A stretch of DNA of 62,597 nt, filler included, from Chiloscyllium plagiosum (Eukaryota), in the NCBI RefSeq assembly GCF_004010195.1. It is 3 parts of one record of this genome, joined end to end, with 100 filler letters (N's around TTAATTAATTAA, not from the genome) between each part and the next. Parts side by side here need not be neighbours in the genome. Positions count along the whole stretch, not along the records: positions 1 to 17,025 come from NC_057710.1; 2 more parts are not named here. One strand, given 5' to 3'. Position numbers and translations under genes: made by a program. Positions 1 through 12,506 of this stretch are shown piece by piece. Numbering within the stretch: the stretch's first letter is position 1; each line of letters starts with the position of its first letter. Below the pieces are notes generated by a model. It was not told the DNA's origin, made no database searches, and was given only the letters and a program-made list of their open reading frames with translations.

Positions 1-356
1 AAGGAAACTAGAGTCCAAGGGCTAAGCCCTACCACAAAAATTAACATTGTCCTTTTCTCAAAAAAAAAAGAAAAAGGAGAGAAAAGAGTAACATACAGGC
101 TGTAACCAGCCAGTGAAACAACAACCCCCTAATGAGAACTGAGCTACACCTGAAACACATTATGTGCATCAGGAGTTTAACAATCAGTCCTCACTAAAAG
201 GAATGCCAGTTAACAAACTGGCTAAATAATTCAGCCAGTTCAGGAATCAGGTTTCCTCCTCCAAAAAAGGAAGCAGAAGCTAACAGTAACATACTGACTA
301 TAACACCAGCCAGCACAGAGTCAGTCCCCTAAACTGAGAAGACCTCTGAATCTCCT

Positions 357-620
357 GTTTTTTTTTATTAAACAAGTTACAAAACAATTTACAAAAAACA
401 TTGACAGCTGTACACGAAAGACAGCAGTTTTACAAGGGAGGGGAGCAGCAAAGCTAGGCCCCGAACCCTACCGTTCAACCATTTTACAGGGAGAGGAGGA
501 CAAACCTCAAATCCCAGTTCCACATATGACAAGACAGTGACAATGACATTTGTACATTAGACAATACCGTTACATACAAAAGTGCAGACAATACAGACCC
601 AGCAAGCCCCCGCCCCTCCC
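357..620 (-). mobile_element. Probable L1/Tx1-type LINE 3' end with poly(A)
   Basis: T-run plus TTTATT (AATAAA and poly(A) on the - strand), followed by A/C-rich 3'UTR-like sequence; no protein motif seen. Confidence 0.3.
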
Positions 621-1372
621 ACCTCTGATTTATTTTAAGCTTCTGTGTGCTTAATTGGATCACATCTTGGACAATTGTATTGGTGATACCTCAACAGGAG
701 TACTTGTGAATCTGCTTTCGTCAGGTGAAATTGGATAATTGAACTAAGATGGGCCATTTAGTTAGGTGCTGTGGAGGTATCCTTACTTCTGAGCCAGGAA
801 GCCTGAGTTCAAATTCCATCTGCTCCATAGATATGTCCTAAATCTCTGAAAGGGTTGATAACTGAATGGCCTAGATATTTTTTAATGTGTCACTGGGATG
901 TTGCACATCATTCTTATTCGGGAAAAATGGACTTTTTTCATGGTCGTTGAGACACACCACGATCTGAAGATTAGAGAAATGAGCAATCACATTTTGATAA
1001 ATGTCTATTAGTAGCAGAAAGCTACTGGTCAGTTTTAAATTGATGATTATGCTCTATAAAACAAAGGAATGGTACTGGTTTAAACCAGTTTATCAGTCCT
1101 AATTGTAAGATGTTCCTTTTGCTTGGCTTTACTGGTTTTTTGAAATTAGTGATTGAATGCAAGTGGTTATACTTGGAATCATATTGTAATTTGCAAAACT
1201 TTCTTCTCATTTTAAGAAAATTCAGGACTAGAGACACTATTTTTATGTACCTTTTCTGTGATAATTAATTGGGCTTACTATCTTTGATAATTTGAAAGTG
1301 AAATCCAATGTTTATTAATTTAAAAGCTCTTGTCAAGGGAGTTAAACAATAGATCTGTTCCCTTCCTTGTAG

Positions 1373-1610
1373 GTGTCTACAAAACTACATTCCTGCCTAC
1401 AGTTTAACTCTTTCCTGCCCAATCTGCCGTCAGACTTCTATCTTGCCTGAAAAGGGTGTTTCTGCGCTACAGAACAACTTTTTCATTACAAACCTAATGG
1501 ATGTTCTTCAGCGGACTCCAGACAACAGCTGTGAGGACTCCTCCATCCTAGAGACGATCACAGCAGTAGCAGCAGGGAAACCCCTTTCCTGTCCAAATCA
1601 CGATGGAAAT
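1373..1610 (+). CDS. TRIM2: TRIM2 coding exon (RING C-terminal half to start of B-box)
   Basis: ccttgtag|G acceptor and AAT|gtaagt donor; translates (R)[79 protein letters not shown], matching vertebrate TRIM2. Confidence 0.97.
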
Positions 1611-2134
1611 GTAAGTTAACCCAGAGTGTTGCTACTCTGCTTCAACTTTAATCAGGATTGATTATTAAACTTGTCTATTTTAGTAATGATGATAGTAATG
1701 CAATTTTACTATAAATTACACCCGCTGCAAATTTGCGTATGTTCTTCAACCAATACTGGATGAATTAGTTGTCTTTACTTCTCTATGCACAAAGACAAGA
1801 CCTCCTGCTTTAGACCAAATAATAATTTAATCTTGTAATACTTCAACAACATTAAAGATAATCCAGCAAATGAGACTGGATTATGAAGCATATTGTCAGA
1901 ATTAGATCATACTGTTTATTGTCTAGTCTTTCTGTAATTAATGTGCTCACCATTCTGTGAAGGCTTTTTCATTTCCAAATTATTCTCATGATAGGTACTT
2001 CAAATGTGGTGAGAATCAAAGCCTGCTATTCCCAACTGGTTATGTACATCTTTTAAGCAGAAATGTTTGGACAGAAATTAAGAATAGAACACTTGTGGTT
2101 TTATAAAAGGTAAAAAAAAAAAGATATAGGAGAT

Positions 2135-3652
2135 TTGGATGGGTCATAGGGATGAACATTAATGCTACAAAATCCCAGCTTTACAAAACTGAAACTCCAG
2201 TACTTAAAGCTACTATTTCTTAGATATCTTTTTCCTAAGCTGAATTTTATTCAATCTGCATCAAGTAAAATTTCAAAAGCCAACTTATTTTACTAATGAA
2301 AGCTTTGAGATTTCCAAAGAGTTTAATCTAATAAACAGGGTTACTCCCTTGATAGATCAGACCTGTAAATAATTGATCCATAGCCATGTGAAACAGATTG
2401 TGCTAACCTTTTTTGTTCCAAAATGTTTTCTCCAGTGTTTGATATGTTTCTCAATCCCATTTTCCTGCCTTCTCCCCTTTGATCCCCCTGCTAATCAAGA
2501 ACCTATCTATCTCTGTCTTAAACACACTCAATGACTTGGCCTCCACAGCCTTCTGCAACAATGAGTTCCACAGATTCACCACCCTCTGGCTGAAGATATT
2601 CCTCCTCATTTCACTTCTAAAGAGTTGTCCCTTCACTCCAAGGATGTGAACTTGGGTCCTAGTCTCTCCTACTAGTGGAAACATCTTCTCCATGTCCATT
2701 CTATCCAGACCTCTCAGTATTCTGTAAGTTTCAATCGGATCATTACCACACCCTATCCTTCTAAACTCCACTCAGACCCAGAGACCTCAACCGCTCCTCA
2801 TTCGACAAGCTCCTCATACCCAGGATCATTCTTGTAATCCTCCTCTGGCCCCACAAAATGCCAGCATATCCATCCTCCGATATGGGGCCAAAATTGCTCA
2901 CAATATTCCAAATGCAGACTGATCAGAGCCTTACACGGCCTCAGCAGTACGTTTCTGCTCTTGTATTCTAGTTCTCTTAAAGATGAATGTTAACATTGCA
3001 TTTGCCTTCCTAACTGCCAACTGTACCTGTATGTTAACCTTAAAAGAATCCTGAACCAGGACTCCTAAATCTCTTTATGCTTCAGATTTTTGAAGCATTT
3101 AGAAAATAATCCAAGCCTTTATTCTTCCTACCAAAGTGCATTGTGTCAAACTTTCCCACATTATATTCTATTAGCCACTTCTTTGCCCACTCTCCCAGCC
3201 TGTCCAAATCCGTCTGCAGCCTCCCCACTTCCTCAACACTACCTGTCTCTTCACTTCTCTGTGCAGATGACACAAACTTTACAACAATGTCCTCTGTTCC
3301 TTCGTCCAAATTTCTGATCATCCTCTTTTACTTGCAGCTCCCAAAAACAAGGACACTGAGAACAACTGTACGAATAATCCTAACAACGAGGATCCAAAAA
3401 GTTAGCACAACCTGATTCACATGGCTATAGATCAATTAATCACAGGTCTGATCTATCAAAGGAGTAACCCTGTTTTATAGATTATGGAAACCTCAAAGCT
3501 TTTATTAGTAAAAAAAAGATGGCTTTTGAAATTTTACTTGATGCAGATTGAATAAAATTCAGCTTAAGAAATAGTAACTTTAAGTACTGGAGTTTCAATT
3601 TTGTAAAGCTTGGATTTTGTAGAGTTAATATTCAGCCCTATGACCCATCCAA
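2135..3652. repeat. Long inverted repeat pair (arms ~2135-2419 and ~3390-3652) enclosing a CR1 fragment
   Basis: The reverse complement of the left arm aligns along the whole right arm with scattered substitutions and two ~10-nt indels. Confidence 0.92.
2441..3320 (-). mobile_element. CR1 (HER1-like) LINE, decayed 3' ORF2 fragment
   Basis: - strand ORFs 3082-3321 (LQTDLDRLGEWAKKW) and 2451-2771 (FSQRVVNLWNSL) are typical of the CR1 ORF2 C-terminus. Confidence 0.9.
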
Positions 3653-3659
3653 CCTGCCT

Positions 3660-3990
3660 TATTGCTGCCAGCATTGTGCACCATCTACAAAATACATTAT
3701 TGCAAGTTCCTTTTGACAGCACTTTGCAAGCCTGCACATTTGGCCACCTAGAAGAATAGGGGCAGATTTGAGAACACCACCAAAAGCCAGCTGCCATCCT
3801 GATTTTCAACTATTTGCATTTATTTCATGGTTATTAAGTCAAAATACTGACCACCCTAACCTCACTGTGGTGTACCTACACCACAAGGACTGCAATAGAT
3901 TGAGGCAACTCACCACTGCCTTCTCTAGGCCAATTAGGGATAGGATATAAATGCTGTCATACCTAGCCTTTTCCACTTCATGTCAATGAA
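3660..3990 (+). mobile_element. Decayed 3' end of the second (L2/CR1-group) LINE family
   Basis: Similar to 20290-20586 and 61830-62108 (atctacaa..., gtacctacaccac.aggactgca, tagggata...aaatgctg). Confidence 0.65.
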
Positions 3991-4424
3991 TAGCTGATTT
4001 CCAAACAGGATATGAAGCAGGTAGGAGACATTGCTGGAATCCAGGTTAAGGAAAGTGTGAGATTTGTTGTCTGTTCTATAGTATTGAAAAGAATCTACAA
4101 CTTATTTATGAAAATATGTAGACCAAAGTTATTTTTATTTATCTTGCCATAGCCCAATAATCCCACACAAAGTCAAATTGAGATTTTGAAAAAAAATATT
4201 CTGAATGTTTAATACCAATCTGTTAAAAGCAATGCTTGAAATGTGCAGCTTTTGCTTTGAGTCTTGGGCTGAAGGTTGGAGGGACTGTGAACGTTAATCT
4301 TAAGTCAGAATAAATGGAACAAATGTATTTGCAGCAAAACCAAATGTTTGGGGAGAGTGCGATAATAACTTTCTAATATCATTTCTCCTCCAGTGTTTAC
4401 ACATCTATCATTGTCTTTCTCCAG

Positions 4425-4576
4425 GTAATGGAGTTTTACTGCCAATCCTGTGAGACAGCAATGTGTCACGAATGTACAGAAGGTGAACATGCTGAGCACC
4501 CAACTGTTCCCCTCAAGGATGTAGTTGAGCAGCACAAGTCCTCCCTGCAGACTCAACTGGAGGCTGTCAAACAGAG
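4425..4576 (+). CDS. TRIM2: TRIM2 coding exon (B-box)
   Basis: tttctccag|GTA acceptor and AG|gtaact donor; [50 protein letters not shown](R); phases match the flanking exons. Confidence 0.97.
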
Positions 4577-4689
4577 GTAACTGCAAAATGTGCATGCAGC
4601 ATGAGCCTAGCTCTGTGGTTTATCATCATCAGTGTTTGGATGGGAATACTTTCTGTCGGTTAGACGTGAACCAACTTGAGTTAACAAAT

Positions 4690-5156
4690 TCTAAGGCTGG
4701 CGAGTTCAAAACTAGGCGGCATATTTCTAAGGTGAGAGGAGGAAGATTTAAAAAGGGCATGAGGGGAAATCTTTTCACACAGGGTGGCTCATATGTGGAA
4801 TGAATTGCCAGAGGAAGTGGTAGGTGCAGGTACAGGAACAACATTTAAAACATTTAAAATCCCTTCCTGATGAAGGGCTTTTGCCCGAATTGTTGATTTT
4901 TCCTGCTCCATGGATGCTGCCTGACCTGCTGTGCTTTTCCAGCACCACTCTAATGTAGACTCTGATTTCCAGCATCTGCAGTCCTCACTTTTGCTTACAA
5001 CATTTAAAAGACATTTGGACAGGTAAATGATAGGAAAGGTTTAGAGGGATATGGGCCAATTGCAGGTAAATGGGACTAGTCTAGTTTGGGAAACTTGGAT
5101 GGTCAGGACTAGCTGGACTGAAAGGTCTGTTTTCGTGCTGTATGACTCTGACTCTA
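4690..5156 (+). mobile_element. CR1 LINE 3' fragment, interrupted by a PLE insertion
   Basis: KTRRHISKVRGGRFKKGMRGNLFTQ, ending in a tatgactct tail. Confidence 0.85.
4851..4996 (+). mobile_element. PLE family A pLTR mini-insertion with a mutated hammerhead
   Basis: 13-bp TSD ACAACATTTAAAA (4838-4850 / 4997-5009); CCTGATGAAGGGCTTTTGCCCGAAT at 4866. Confidence 0.85.
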
Positions 5157-6654
5157 TAAATGTTTGGTCAAATACCAGAAATATAAACCATGCTTTCTCC
5201 ACAGCCAAGTTACTTTGCAGTTCTGGCATTCCTCGCTCCATCTGCTCGCCTACCCCATTTTGTTAGCTTTTTTGTTTTCTCCCTCTCCACAACTGCATCT
5301 ATTGCTGACAAGGCAGGGGTAGTCAAACATGCATCAAGAAAGTAAGAAAAATGTCACTGCAATTCTACTACAAGTTAGCTTCCAATGTGCTCTGGCTTTG
5401 TCAATTATGAAGCCACATGATGGCTGTAAATTTTCTGAAGGTGCCCAGATTGGTGATCTATTGATGACCCATTACCTCCCTATATTACTGACTTGGCTGC
5501 TTCTGTTTAAGACTGGAGGCCAATGTGTCCTTTTAGCAAATCTGACGGAACTCTTACAGCATTCTCAAACTGGCACCCAGCTGTAGCTCATAAGAACATC
5601 TTGTTCTGCCAACAGAGGTAGAATTGTCTATAAGGATGATAGACGTGGGAGAATCATGAACTTGGCTGCACCAAGCCATTACACAATGAATAGAAATGTG
5701 AAATAGATTTCACCAAAAAAAACCCACAATGGCTTTTAGCTTTGGTTATTGAAGAACAATCTCACATGGATGAAATTATTGCATTCGGAGATAATTCCGT
5801 GTTTCTTTGTTTACCACTGCCTGCAGATTTGTGAAGTAGCAAGTTTGCAGACTTTACCTACCCTTCAGCAGTCAGCTTTGCTAATTCACACTTTTTCATC
5901 TTTCTGACTTTTATGGATATTCGTGCACAGAACAGGCCAATCAGCCCAACAATGTTATGCTGGTATTTATGTTCCACATGAGAGTCCTCCAGTTTTGCTT
6001 AATCTAATCCTATCTAAATATCTTTCCTAATTATTTTATAGCTGCTGTACTAATCTAACATTTATTAGCAAGTGTATCTCTGAACTATTCATCTTGACTG
6101 TTCCACGTGGCACTCGAGTCTCAGATCGGCCGTATTCTTATTTAAAACTGGGGCAGGTACAAAGAGATGAATAGCCTAGAACTAATTCATGGTACTTTAT
6201 CCGTGTCTCCTCTCCTGGTCTGGGATTCTTGTACACATCAATTCTGCAAATTTTATTGTCTTGGAATTTGCAGGAATGTTCCTTAGTCTTAACTATGCCC
6301 CATCCTATCAGCAACCTACATACAATTTGGCATCATCAGCAAATATTGAAATCTATCTTGTGGCCTGAGTGTGAATAATGTACCAACCGCTTTAGAACAC
6401 CATTTTCCATGTGTCACCTGAAAGCAAGGATTTAGAAAGTTGTTTCTTGTACGTTTTTAAATAAATGTTTACTGTATAAACCTTTGTCTCACCACTATAC
6501 TCAGAACCTGCCATCTGTTCAGTAATGAAGTTCTTAACTTTCCCCGTGACAGCAACTGAAAGTAACACCACCAGGATGTTTGCACATTTAACTCTCATCC
6601 TGTTAATTATCTCAAAATCATTGTAATAGCTTATCTGCCCATTATAATAATTCT

Positions 6655-6780
6655 ATTCATGGAAGATTGCTGTGTGCAAATTGACCAGCGACATTGTAAC
6701 AGCATCTATACAACCAATAAAGTGTGAGGTGTGAAGTATCCTGAAATTTTGAGAGCACTGTATGAATGTAAGCCTTTATT
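6655..6780 (+). mobile_element. Decayed DeuSINE-like 3' portion
   Basis: ttgctgtgtgcaaattg...gcactgtatgaatgtaagc resembles the Deu-domain and tail consensus as recalled; similar pieces at ~11075-11160 and ~34600-34730. Confidence 0.4.
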
Positions 6781-9071
6781 ATTGAGAAGGGATTTTTTAA
6801 ACAAATGTAGCCACTTCCAATTAGTACACAGCAAATTTGAAAACATTTTGATGTAAAATGTAATTCCAATCCAAAGGGAACAACTGCAATAAAAGCTCTT
6901 TGTAAATAATTTTGGTGTTCCATGTCGTACATTCATCCTAAAACACTCTTTATAAAAAGAGAAATTGTCATTTTATGAAATTTTATCACTTGTACAAAAT
7001 GTGATCAATAAAATAACTGCCAATCTATTAAATTATTAAGTATATTGAAACTTACATTTTCAAAAGGATGCCCAGAAAGTGTCCATGTTTCCCTCCAGCT
7101 TGTTGGTGTTGCTAGCAAATCCTTACAACCATGGATCTTGTCATGTGACAGCAACTTTGAAAAGTAATGTTTATTGTAAAACTGAGAATTTGACTTCATA
7201 TCCCTTTCCAATAATCTAATTTCAAGTACACTTGCTCTTAATTTAAGAGGAAATCCCTGAGGAACAAGATTCTCAATCTGAACAGTGCTGCTCACTTTTG
7301 ATTCCCTCCACTTTTATTTATATACTATGTTATTGTTCCCTTTACTTTTGATCCATTGTGTAACTTTTGGTGATTTTACCAGTTCTTTTTTAAAGAGAGG
7401 GATTGTAAAACAATAGAATTGTACATTAAGTTTGAATGCAGTTTTGTTCATTCTGAAACTAGGGTCTTAAATCTGAGCAAAGAAACTGAGGGTGAGGCAT
7501 AAGTTGGCTAGGTGGATATGGAAAATAAACTAAAAGACAACAGTAGATAGTGGCTGGTATTTAAAGAAATGCAGTGTCTACAACAGATAAACATCACTCA
7601 AAGACACAATCACCAAAAAGGAAGGGTTTATCTACACTGGGTGACAAATGATGTTAAATTTTGCATTGGATCAGATGAATTGGCTGAATAAGCATGCCAG
7701 AAATAGTGGTAAAACCTAAGGACAGGAGCAATTTGGAACTCGGACATGGGAAAAAATGTTCAGAAAACGAAAAAAAAAAGCCTTAATGTAAGATAGCAAA
7801 GTGTGTACAGGTGGACTGTAAAATGTTATCAATTTGTGGATTTAAGAAATTGGCAAGGATAAATGTGGAGACAGGAAAATAGTGGAGAAACTAAACAGTT
7901 GCTTTCTGTCTGTCTTCAAGGGAGAAAATACATAAAAGCTTCCAGAAAAAAATGGGTGACCAAGGAACTTGTGTAACTGAACAACTAAAAAAAAGTACTG
8001 GGGCGGGGGGATGTGGCGAACAGCTGAAAAAGCAGATCTGTTGGCTTGATGTCCATAATAAGAAAAACATTTTAAAAATTATAAAGGTTGTGATAACTGA
8101 ACATGTGGAATTGAATGGCAGAATTGGGCACAGTCGTCATGAATTTGTGAAAGGGACATCAGTTTTTTAAAAAAAACTTTCTCGAGCATGTTGCATCGAT
8201 ATGGGAGAACCAGTGGGTGTGGTGTATTTGGATTTTCAGAAGGCTTTTGATAAGTCCCATACAGAAGATTACTAAACAACATTTGAGTGCATATGATTGA
8301 GGGAAATATACAAATATGGATTGAGAATTGGTTAGTAATAGAAAACCAGGAATAAGAGGATGGTAGGTTATTACTTTGGGGTATTGTAAAGATCTGTGCT
8401 AGGTCCACAGATGTTCACAAACCATATGAATAATTTGGATGTGTGGACCAATTGTAATATTTCTAAACTTGCTGCTGACACCACGCTAGGTGAGAATGTA
8501 ATTTGTGAGGAGCGTGCAAGAGGCTTCAATTGACTTGGACAGGCTCAATAACTGAGCCAAAACATAACAGATGAAATATAATTTGAATAAGTTCCAAAGA
8601 TATTCTTCGCTATGAAAAACAAAGACAAGAATATTTCTTAACTAGTGAAAAGTTGGGAAGTATAGTGTCAGAGAGATCTGGGTTTCTTTGCTTCTGAGTC
8701 ACTAAAAGCTAGCATGCTAGTGCAGCAAGCAATTCGAAAGGCAAATGTCAGTCATTTTGAGGGTGTTGAGTATATAAGTAAAGAGGTCTTACTACAATTG
8801 TATAAAGCCATGATGAGTCATCAACTGAAGTACTGTCTAGAGCTTTGGTCCCCTTATCTAAAGGGGGATATAATTGTCATAGGAGATTCACCAGATTAAT
8901 TCCTAGAGTTGGCAGATTGCTTCCTGAGGAGAGATTGAGGAAAGTAGATTTGTATTCCCTAGAGTTTTGAAGAATGAGTGGTGATCTCATTTAAACTTAT
9001 AAAATTCTTGCAGGATGTGACAGGGTGGATAAAAATGGAATGATTCCCTGACTGGTGACTATGGAACCAGG

Positions 9072-9206
9072 GAGAAAGTGAGATCTGCAGATGCTGGAGA
9101 TCAGAGCTGGAAATGTGTTGCTGGAAAAGCGCAGCAGGTCAGGCAGCATCCAGGGAACAGGAGAATCGACGTTTCGGGCATAAGCCCTTCTTCAGGAATC
9201 AATGGA
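9072..9206 (-). mobile_element. PLE family A pLTR mini-insertion inside CR1
   Basis: 14-bp TSD ACTATGGAACCAGG (9058-9071 / 9207-9220). Confidence 0.9.
9164..9199 (-). ncRNA. Minimal type I hammerhead ribozyme motif (family A, intact core)
   Basis: - strand ATTC-CTGAAGA-A-GGGC TTAT GCCC-GAAA-CG-TC-GATT. Confidence 0.75.
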
Positions 9207-10559
9207 ACTATGGAACCAGGACATGTAAATAAAAGAAAAGAGGAGGCTATTTAATGAATTTATTCATTCAGATTGGTGAATCTTTCAAATTCTCTACCCT
9301 AGGGCACTGTGGAAGCTTAATCATTGAGCAGATTCAAGACAGAAATCAGTAGGTTTCTGGAGCCTAATGACGACAACATTTTTTCCCACTGACCCTGTCT
9401 TAAGGCTTGAAAGTTGTTGCAGCCCCTCAGTGAGATGTGTGTAGAGTGGGGGAATGGACTGCAACAGCCAGGAAGAGTAGCAGACCTACATAGCAGTCAC
9501 TGCTGCCTGAGTTTGCAGCAGCAAACCTGGGGTCCGAACCCTCACTTTGAGAAGGGCTGCATTAAGGAATACGGAAATAATGCAGAAAAGTGGCATTGAT
9601 GAGATGATCAGCTGTGATCTTGAATGGTGGAGTAGGCTTGATGGACTGAATGGTCTACCCCAATAATTCTCATACCTACTTTTCCAGCCAACAAATACAA
9701 TGATCACTTAGTATTATGACCTGTTAGTTTCAATTTCAGCCTAAAGAGAAGCCTCAATAAGTCTAAAATTGCCAGTCCTATTACCAGCCATTCTTTGCCC
9801 TTCTGGACCACAAGATCTGTTTGTGATGAACAGGTTTTTTTTTTTAAAACCCCAGTAAATAAGTTAAGGCATTTTTCACCCAGGAGAGCTGAGACTAGAG
9901 TTTGACCTAATTCTCAGATATACGGGTTGTACATTAACTTCCTGAATTATAAAATGATCTTCATCAAATGCAATATAAGTTATGAATTGTTCTGATAGCA
10001 GTGGCTGTAATATTGGTCTAATTTATCATCAAAACCAATTTTAAGCAATATTTCATGCAGAATGTACTTTACATACTGCAACCTGTCTGCTTGATGGATA
10101 CAGAGACCTCACTCAGCAGAAAGTAATAATAATCCTCTTGAAGGTATTGATCTTCTGCCTTTTAACTGAGGTGCAGATCTTATGAGAAGTAATTGTTCTT
10201 TTTAGGACAAATATTATTCCATCATTTTCAGTGTTGCAATTGTAAGTCTCTAAGGGCTGGATCTATGATTTGGGAGCCCTTTCTGTAGCTTGGGCCATTT
10301 TGTAGCATTCCCATTTTTGACCGATGCGTGATTTTTGCCTGGGATTGTTATCTTTTTCTATTCCGGTTTCGGTGCAGTTTTCAGACTGCAAATCAATGCA
10401 AGAGAAGGGCAGATGGGAAGGTCTGTCCAGCACCTCTCAAACAGTACCACAGCTTGTAAAATCGATGAAAGGCCCCTTTAATGTCACTCCTTGCTCCCCA
10501 TATCCACTCCATTAACTTCAAAAAGTGATTTGCTCAATTTCCATAGTGTACAACCCTCT

Positions 10560-10955
10560 GATTCCATTCAATATCATGGAGAGGGTAGACGTGGAGAGAC
10601 TGTGTCCCCCTTTCTGGGACAGTCTAGGATCAGAGAGTATCATCGTAGAGTAAGGGGTTGCCTGTTTAAGACAGAAATTAGAAGGAATTTTTTTCTTAGT
10701 AGTTAAATCTGTGGAATTCTTTACTGCAGAGGGCTGTCGAGCCTGCTTTAAGGCTCGTCGGATGCTGCCTGAATTGCTGTGCTCTTCCAGCACCACTGAT
10801 CCAGAGCCTGCTTTAAGTATATTCAAGGCTGAGAGATTTCTAATCAAAAAGGGAATCCAGGGTATGGGGAAAAGGAAGGAAAATGGAGTTGAGGATTATT
10901 AGATCTCCTTGAGCAGATTAGATGGACCTGCTACTTCTACATTTCATGGTCTTAT
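10560..10955 (+). mobile_element. CR1 3' fragment containing a 51-bp PLE family A piece (10753-10803)
   Basis: FKTEIRRNFF motif; the PLE piece is flanked by the 14-bp TSD GAGCCTGCTTTAAG (10739-10752 / 10804-10817). Confidence 0.8.
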
Positions 10956-11527
10956 AGCGACCATTCATGCAGTGAGAATGTGTCTCTGTATTCCAGGTCT
11001 TGAGTAGCAAAAAGATTACTCTAATCTCTACCTACCTGACACTAATGTCCATTTCTTTTTGGTGAAATTCAGGACTTGTAATCAACATTACCGAAATGGA
11101 TTAACTGGTCATTTACCTCACTGCTGTGTTTATGTCCTTGCTGTGAGTGCAAACACAAATGGTTCTGTATAATTGCTTATTTGCCTAGGTATTCCTTGTT
11201 GTAAAATGTTCGTATGTTTAAATAAAATAAACATGGATTACTTCAAGCTTAAATCAAAATGTAGGCTTTGAAATTTTATTAATAAATATTGAGTATCTTT
11301 AATTGGGGTGAATAAATGCACAGAAATGTTTCAAAATTCAACCATTACCAGACTGGAGGAGAGAGCTTTGAGGGATTCTACTTTTGTTTGTTACTGATTA
11401 TTAAATAACAAATTGGAAAAGCATTTCACTGCTCATGTAACTTGTCTGCTATCATCCATAAACCTCTCTTCATATTCCCATAATCTTTTTAAATCTGCAT
11501 GATGAACTGTCATCATGCATGTCAGAA

Positions 11528-11828
11528 TTAGAATTTGATTCCCTACAGTGTGGAAACAGGCCCTTCGGCCCAAGTCCACACTGACCTTCTGAAGAGTAAC
11601 CCACCCAGACCCATTTCCCTCAGATTAATGCACTAACACTATGGGCAATTTAGCGTGGCCAATTCACCTGACCTGCACATCTTTGGACTGTGGGAGGAAA
11701 CCAGAGCACCCGGAGGAAACCCACACAGACACAGGGAGAATGTCTGTGTGGAGTTTGCACAGTCACCCAAGGCTGGAATCAAACCTGGGTCCCTCGCACC
11801 GTAAGGCAGCAGTGCTAACCACTGAGCC
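11528..11828 (-). mobile_element. HE1-like V-SINE (tRNA-derived)
   Basis: V-domain core tgtgggaggaaaccagagcacccggaggaaacccac and CR1-like tail ggaaacaggcccttcggccc. Confidence 0.9.
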
Positions 11829-12506
11829 TGGTGTCCATTCCTGTTTCCCTTCCGGCTCTATTTCTTTTCCTAGTATTTTCCTGTATCAATTTTAGTTTTA
11901 ATTGGATACCATTTCCTAGTCCAGCAGGGAGTTGATTATATTTTCTGACCTTGCCTTATGTAGCTATCTAAGCGATTTAAGGAGGATTTGATTAGATTTA
12001 AACACCAGTGTCAGTAATCTGAGTAAACCTAACAAATAGTAGTTCGATCTGACTTTCGATCTGAACAACTCTGCTCACCAAGATTTTCCCACTAATCCCC
12101 TCCCATATGATTTTAACAATTACTTCCTTTTACCCTTCTTGAGCTAGCTAGTGTTTGATCGTGGAAAACACAGCATAATTAATACAGTCAAGAAAAAATT
12201 CACCCCACCCCCCACAAGAGGAACTAGGACCAGGATAAGTTTAAAAAAATTAAACTTATGCCGGTTTTAAAGATTATGGGAATAAATAGTATGAACAGAG
12301 ACTTAGTGGACCAACCTATGTCAGCGTTCTAACATTTCAGTTTATGTATTGGTTAGAGTTATCCACATAAACAAAACAATTCCGGGATTAGGAGGGAGGG
12401 TGGAAGAAAGATGTGATTGAGTGAAAAGTACCTCAGAACATATTAGATGCCCCTGCTGGGTGTGTTTTTGGTGGATGAGCAGGTAAAATAGGCTGGGTAG
12501 CTAGCC

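Larger units (their letters stand above)
7480..9670 (+). mobile_element. Old decayed CR1 ORF2
   Basis: RT motif remnants ggattttcagaaggcttttgataag (DFQKAFDK) and tttctaaacttgctgctgacacc, plus ORF 8714-8899 (LLQLYKAMM...ELWSPYL). Confidence 0.85.

Noticed and set aside
4421..4430. CAG|GTAATG resembling a recursive splice site
   Set aside because: Explained by the conserved Val-Met codons at the exon start; no independent support
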